63,606 nt of DNA from an uncultured Actinomycetes bacterium. Lineage in GTDB: Bacteria > Actinomycetota > Acidimicrobiia > Spongiisociales > DATADW01. Positions 59,271 to 63,606 of the stretch are shown here, piece after piece. A program made the translations under genes and the position numbers. A model generated the notes under the pieces. The model was not told the origin of the DNA and made no database searches. It worked only from the letters and a program-made list of their open reading frames with translations. The stretch covers positions 62,001 through 125,606 of the forward strand of contig CAWGRK010000003.1 of assembly GCA_963824995.1 (NCBI GenBank), given 5' to 3'. The first letter of the stretch is position 1. Every line of letters starts with the position of its first letter.

Positions 59271-60212
59271 ATGCGTCGGCGGCGGCTAGCGAATCGGGCG
59301 ATGACGGCGATGGCGATCGGCTGTGTGGCGCTGTTGGTCAACGGTTGTGAGGCTCAGGTCTGGGGTACGCCGCCGGCCGCTGAGAACACGCCGCAGGCAC
59401 CGGTCCTCGCCCCGCAGGCCCCGCTGCCTGCGCTACCCGAAGCCCCACCCGCCCAGCCGGCAGCGCCACTGGACGGACTCGCCGGACTCGACGCCCGCCT
59501 CCGTCAAGCCACCGCCGCCGCAGCCGAGTCCGGAGCCGCCATCGAAACCGTTGTGCTGGACCGCAACACCGGCCAGACCTTCTCCAACGGCGCCACCAGA
59601 CCCTTCCCGATCGCATCCGTGGTGAAACTGTTCATCGCCGACGACCTGCTGCTGCAGGAGTCGCAGGGCAACACGAAACTCTCCGCTGCCGACCGCTCGT
59701 CGCTCGATGTCATGCTGCGCTCCTCCGACGACAGCGCCGCCCAGACCTTCTGGGACCGCAGCGGCGGCAACGCCGTCATCGCCCGTATCAAGGCGCGGTA
59801 CGGGTTGGCGGGCACAACAGCGCCCTACAACGGACACTGGGACGTCACACAGAGCACCGCCGGCGATCTCGTCCGCTACTACGACATGCTGCTGAACGGG
59901 AGCGGCGGGCTGCCACCCGAACAGGCCAACATCATCATCGGCAACCTCGCGCACTCCACACCGACGGGAATCGACGGGTACCCGCAGCGGTTCGGCATCC
60001 CCGACGGGCTCTATGCCGTACCGGTCGCGGTCAAGCAGGGCTGGTTCTGCTGCTGGAACGGCGGCAACCAGTTACACGTGTCCACCGGCACGATCGGACC
60101 CGAACACCGCTACGTGATGGCCATCAGCTCCCTGGACCCCACCAGCGCCACCGCTGCACGCGACAACATCACCCAGGCCGTCAAGACGATGTTCCCCGGC
60201 GGCAAGATCTGA
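59271..60212 (+). CDS. Serine hydrolase/beta-lactamase-fold lipoprotein (LppW-like)
   Basis: Lipobox VNGC; SVVK (SxxK), SDD, KQGW. Confidence 0.8.
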   Translation: MRRRRLANRAMTAMAIGCVALLVNGCEAQVWGTPPAAENTPQAPVLAPQAPLPALPEAPPAQPAAPLDGLAGLDARLRQATAAAAESGAAIETVVLDRNTGQTFSNGATRPFPIASVVKLFIADDLLLQESQGNTKLSAADRSSLDVMLRSSDDSAAQTFWDRSGGNAVIARIKARYGLAGTTAPYNGHWDVTQSTAGDLVRYYDMLLNGSGGLPPEQANIIIGNLAHSTPTGIDGYPQRFGIPDGLYAVPVAVKQGWFCCWNGGNQLHVSTGTIGPEHRYVMAISSLDPTSATAARDNITQAVKTMFPGGKI

Positions 60213-60312
60213 TATGGAAGCAGTTCTGTCAAGTGGACAGGGAAGAGCGGCGGTCGCGGTGTGTAGTCGAGGCCGCCGCTTTTCGTTGACCGGATGAGGT
60301 GTCCGTCGAGGA

Positions 60313-60450
60313 GTCCGTGAGCGGGCTGACCGCGGCGCCGATGTCAGGCAACAGGATTCCGACGCGATGCCGGCGATGGCGCCGACGACAACTTGGAACC
60401 AGAGCTGGCGAATCAGAGACCCGAACCGGGATCGGCTGGGGCGGTTAACT
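60313..60450 (-). pseudogene. Remnant of dicarboxylate/amino acid:cation symporter (DctA-like N-terminus)
   Basis: LIRQLWFQVVVGAIAGIA, then a frameshift to VGILLPDIGAAVSPLTD, then truncation. Confidence 0.6.
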
Positions 60451-60558
60451 TCAGTGCCGCGGCGGTGTGCAGCGAGAACTGATGCCCGCCATGGGGAATG
60501 CAGCGCCATGAGGACCAACGTGTTGGCGCAGCATGCTTTGGAGGGGACGCTGACCCGG

Positions 60559-62064
60559 TCACTCCTCCTCGCTGAAGACGGCCTCGCGCTTATGTCGTAC
60601 GGCCGGGAGGATCGCGATGACCAGCGCGACCACGGCGAGGGACAGCAACACAGCCGAGATCGGCCGCGTCACGAACACGCTCGGGTCGCCCCGGGAGATG
60701 ATCATCGCCCGCCGCAGGTTCTCCTCCAGCAACGGGGCGAGGACGAAGCCGAACAGCAGCGGCACGGGCTCGCATCCCCAGCGGATGAGCCAGTAGCCGA
60801 GTACGCCGATGATCGCGACCACGTAGACGTCCCAGGGGTTCAGCCCGAGGGAGTAGCAGCCGATCGTGGCGAACGCGATGATCGCCGGGAACAGCACCTC
60901 GTAGGGCACCGAAATCATCCGCACCCAGATGCCGATGAGCGGGAGGTTGAGCAAGACCAGCAGCAGGTTGCCCACCCAGAACGACGCGATCAGGCCCCAG
61001 AACAGCTCCGGTTCGTCGTTGATGACATTGGGTCCGGGCGTGATCCCCTGGATGATGAACGCGCCGACGAGCAGCGCCATCACCGGGTGCGCCGGCAGGC
61101 CCAACGTGAGCAGCGGGATGAAGGAGGTCTGCGCCGCGGCGTTGTTCGCGGACTCGGGCGAGGCAACGCCCTCGATGGCACCCTGTCCGAACTTCTCGGG
61201 GTGCTTCGACACCCGCTTCTCCACGGAGTACGACGTGAACGCCGCCAGGACGTGCCCGCCGCCGGGCAGGACGCCGAGCGCGGAGCCTATCGCGGTGCCA
61301 CGGAGCACCGGCATCCGGATCCTGCGGAAGTCGTCGCGGCTGAGCCACAGCCCCTCCACCTTCTTGGTCACCACGCTCTGGGTCTGCTGGCGCTCCAGGT
61401 TGCGGATGATCTCGGCCAGGCCGAACAGGCCGACCGCGATCGAGACGAAGTCGAGGCCCCCGTAGAGCTCGCGGGTGCCGAAGGTGAACCGGGGGACTCC
61501 GCTGGAGAAGAGGTCCTGGCCGACGGTGCCGAGCAGCAGCCCCAGCACGATCATGGCCAGCGCCTTCACCGTCGAGCCGCTGGCGAGCGCGATGGAGATG
61601 ACCAGGCCGAGGACGACGAGAGAGAAGTAGTCGGCTGGGCCGAACTCGAGCGCCACGGAGGCCATCGGCGGAGCGAACAGCGCGACCAGGGCGGTCGCGA
61701 CGGTCCCGGCGAAGAAGGAGCCCAGCGCCGCAGTGGCGAGCGCAGGTCCGGCTCTGCCCTGTCGCGCCATCTGGTGCCCGTCCAGCGCGGTGACCGCGGC
61801 CGAGGACTCGCCAGGCAGGTTGATCAGGATCGCGGTGGTCGAGCCGCCGTACTGCGCACCGTAGTAAATGCCGGCGAGCATGATCAGGGACGCGATCGGG
61901 TCGAAGCCGAAGGTGATCGGGAGCAGCAGCGCGACGGTCGCGGTCGGCCCGATGCCCGGGAGCACGCCCACCAAGGTGCCGAGCGTGACGCCGAGCAGAC
62001 AGATCAGGATGTTGCTCGGCGCCAGCGCCGTCTCGAGCCCCAGGAGCAGTCCGGAGAGATCCAC
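60559..62064 (-). CDS. tctA: Tripartite tricarboxylate transporter large permease
   Basis: GVLPGIG, YYGAQYGGS, EGVASPESANNA. Confidence 0.93.
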   Translation of the reverse strand: MDLSGLLLGLETALAPSNILICLLGVTLGTLVGVLPGIGPTATVALLLPITFGFDPIASLIMLAGIYYGAQYGGSTTAILINLPGESSAAVTALDGHQMARQGRAGPALATAALGSFFAGTVATALVALFAPPMASVALEFGPADYFSLVVLGLVISIALASGSTVKALAMIVLGLLLGTVGQDLFSSGVPRFTFGTRELYGGLDFVSIAVGLFGLAEIIRNLERQQTQSVVTKKVEGLWLSRDDFRRIRMPVLRGTAIGSALGVLPGGGHVLAAFTSYSVEKRVSKHPEKFGQGAIEGVASPESANNAAAQTSFIPLLTLGLPAHPVMALLVGAFIIQGITPGPNVINDEPELFWGLIASFWVGNLLLVLLNLPLIGIWVRMISVPYEVLFPAIIAFATIGCYSLGLNPWDVYVVAIIGVLGYWLIRWGCEPVPLLFGFVLAPLLEENLRRAMIISRGDPSVFVTRPISAVLLSLAVVALVIAILPAVRHKREAVFSEEE

Positions 62065-62067
62065 GAC

Positions 62068-62577
62068 TCAGCCCCCCAGCCAGTCGCCGAACAGCGGCAG
62101 GCGCAGCTGCAGCAACCCGACGAAGATGCCGAGGCTGAGCACCGTCAGGCCGACCGAGATGGCCAGGGCCTTCAGCGGACCGGTGCGGTAACCTGCCAGC
62201 GCGGCGAGGAACGTCGTCACGAACAGCGTCGGCGCGAGCCCGAGCCCCTCGATGGTGGCGCCAAAAAAGACGATCCCGGCCACCAGCATGCCTCCGCGCA
62301 CCCAGGGCACCGGTCCGCGCTCATCCTCTGCCTCGGGGACGTGCGGGTCACCGCCGCGGAAGGCCTGCACCGCGATGACCGCGCCCAGGACGGCGAGGAT
62401 GCCGCCGAGCACGACCGGCACGTAGCCGGGGCCCATCTTCAGCGCCGACCCCATGTCATACCTGCTGCCCCCGAGGGCGAAGGCGAGGCCGAGCGCGATG
62501 AATGTGCCGCCGGCCAGCAGGTCAGGGATGGCGGGCCGGCGACCCGGCGTCCCCGACGACGCCGGGTGGTCGCTCAT
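62068..62577 (-). CDS. tctB: Tripartite tricarboxylate transporter small permease
   Basis: MGPGYVP and about 4 TM segments; ATG overlaps the tctC stop. Confidence 0.88.
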   Translation of the reverse strand: MSDHPASSGTPGRRPAIPDLLAGGTFIALGLAFALGGSRYDMGSALKMGPGYVPVVLGGILAVLGAVIAVQAFRGGDPHVPEAEDERGPVPWVRGGMLVAGIVFFGATIEGLGLAPTLFVTTFLAALAGYRTGPLKALAISVGLTVLSLGIFVGLLQLRLPLFGDWLGG

Positions 62578-63581
62578 CCTCCCGTGACCCCGGCGGCCTC
62601 GATGATCGGTGTCCACAGCTCGATCTGCTCCTGGAGCTTGGCGGTGTGGGCGTCCGGGGTAGCCTGGTCCTCGGCCACCGGGCTGGTGCCGAGATCGGCC
62701 ATCTTGTCGATGACGCTCTGGTCCGCCAGCGCCACCTGCAGAGCCTCGGTGAGCTTCTCGACGACCTCGTCGGGGGTGTCGGCCGGCACGTAGAGTCCGT
62801 GCCAAACGCCAACCCTGACGTCCGGAAGACCCGCTTCGGCCGTGGTCGGCAGGTCCGGAAGCGCCTCGACCCGCTCCGGGGTGGTCACCGCATAGCCCTT
62901 GATCTCACCGGACTGGATCTGCCCCACGGTGTTGGTCGTCTGGTCGCACATGAAGTCGACCTGGCCACCGACCAGATCGGTGATCGCGGGCCCAGTGCCG
63001 TCGTACGGGACCTCGGTCAGGTCGACGCCCATCGCCCGCTCGATCAGCAGCCCGCACAGCTGGGACGCCGCTCCGACCCCGGCGTTGGCGATGGTGACCG
63101 TGTCAGCGTTGCCCTTGACGTAGGCGACCAGCTCCTGCAACGTCCTCGGTTCGAAGTCCTTGCGGGCGACGATCGTCATCGGTGCGTCGGTGATCAGGCC
63201 GATCGTCTTGAAGTCCGCGAGCGGCTCGTAGGGCAGGTCGGGGTAGAGCGCGGGCGCGGTCGACATGCCGATGTGGTGGATGAGCACCTCGTAGCCGTCG
63301 GCCTCGGCGTCGGCGACTTGCCCGGCGGCGACAGTGCCACCGGCGCCCTCGACATTCTGGACCACGATCTGCTGGCCGAGCTTCTCGCTCATGGGTTCCG
63401 CGATCAGCCGGGTGACCGTGTCGGTCGGTCCACCGGCCGAGAAGGGCACCACGAGGGTGATCTCCTCCTCCGGGTACGCCGCGGGTTCGGATTCTCCCCC
63501 GCCGCAGGCGACCAGGGTGGCGAGGGCCAGGGCGACAACCCCGGCGACGGCCCAGCGTGGGGTGCGCAGGCGCGACCGCAC
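62574..63581 (-). CDS. tctC: Tripartite tricarboxylate transporter substrate-binding lipoprotein
   Basis: Lipobox LVAC; VPFSAGGPTD, NVEGAGG, ADGY, PYDG, PDLPT. Confidence 0.92.
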   Translation of the reverse strand: MRSRLRTPRWAVAGVVALALATLVACGGGESEPAAYPEEEITLVVPFSAGGPTDTVTRLIAEPMSEKLGQQIVVQNVEGAGGTVAAGQVADAEADGYEVLIHHIGMSTAPALYPDLPYEPLADFKTIGLITDAPMTIVARKDFEPRTLQELVAYVKGNADTVTIANAGVGAASQLCGLLIERAMGVDLTEVPYDGTGPAITDLVGGQVDFMCDQTTNTVGQIQSGEIKGYAVTTPERVEALPDLPTTAEAGLPDVRVGVWHGLYVPADTPDEVVEKLTEALQVALADQSVIDKMADLGTSPVAEDQATPDAHTAKLQEQIELWTPIIEAAGVTGG

Positions 63582-63606
63582 GCTTCGATCTGATCTGGCG
63601 ACAGAC

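Noticed and set aside
60367..62793. 808-aa + strand ORF (likewise 53446-55317, 37367-38902, 15897-17168)
   Set aside because: Stop-poor antisense frames of high-GC genes with no motifs.

Overview
GC-rich actinobacterial DNA that appears to be a composite. Segment A (1 to ~50,950) resembles an Acidimicrobiia-like chromosome. It carries core genes (5' end of tilS, Rv3626c-like metalloprotease, rsrA/sigR, an ECF42-DGPF pair, holB, tmk, topA, PIN-PhoH, hppA, LCP, DUF1998 helicase, ybaK, tad locus). Just after tRNA-Thr(CGT) it carries an ~18-kb cluster that probably degrades an unknown N-heterocycle. That cluster encodes a three-subunit molybdenum hydroxylase, an OYE reductase, an XRE-cupin regulator, paralogous cupins, a nitrilase, a cyclase, a BMP-type ABC importer, an isochorismatase-like hydrolase, a single-chain triple-RidA protein, an M24-fold protein lacking most metal ligands, and an SDR. 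Segment B (~51,000 to the end) looks mycobacterial: fused HadA/HadB dehydratase, cyclase-NB-ARC-LuxR regulator, mycothiol-dependent enzymes, rifampin ADP-ribosyltransferase arr with a perfect RAE palindrome upstream, an LppW-like lipoprotein, a dctA remnant and tctCBA. Frameshifts cluster at ~47.4-56.3 kb around the junction and are probably assembly or read errors. All family assignments come from motif recognition by eye; no database searches were run.
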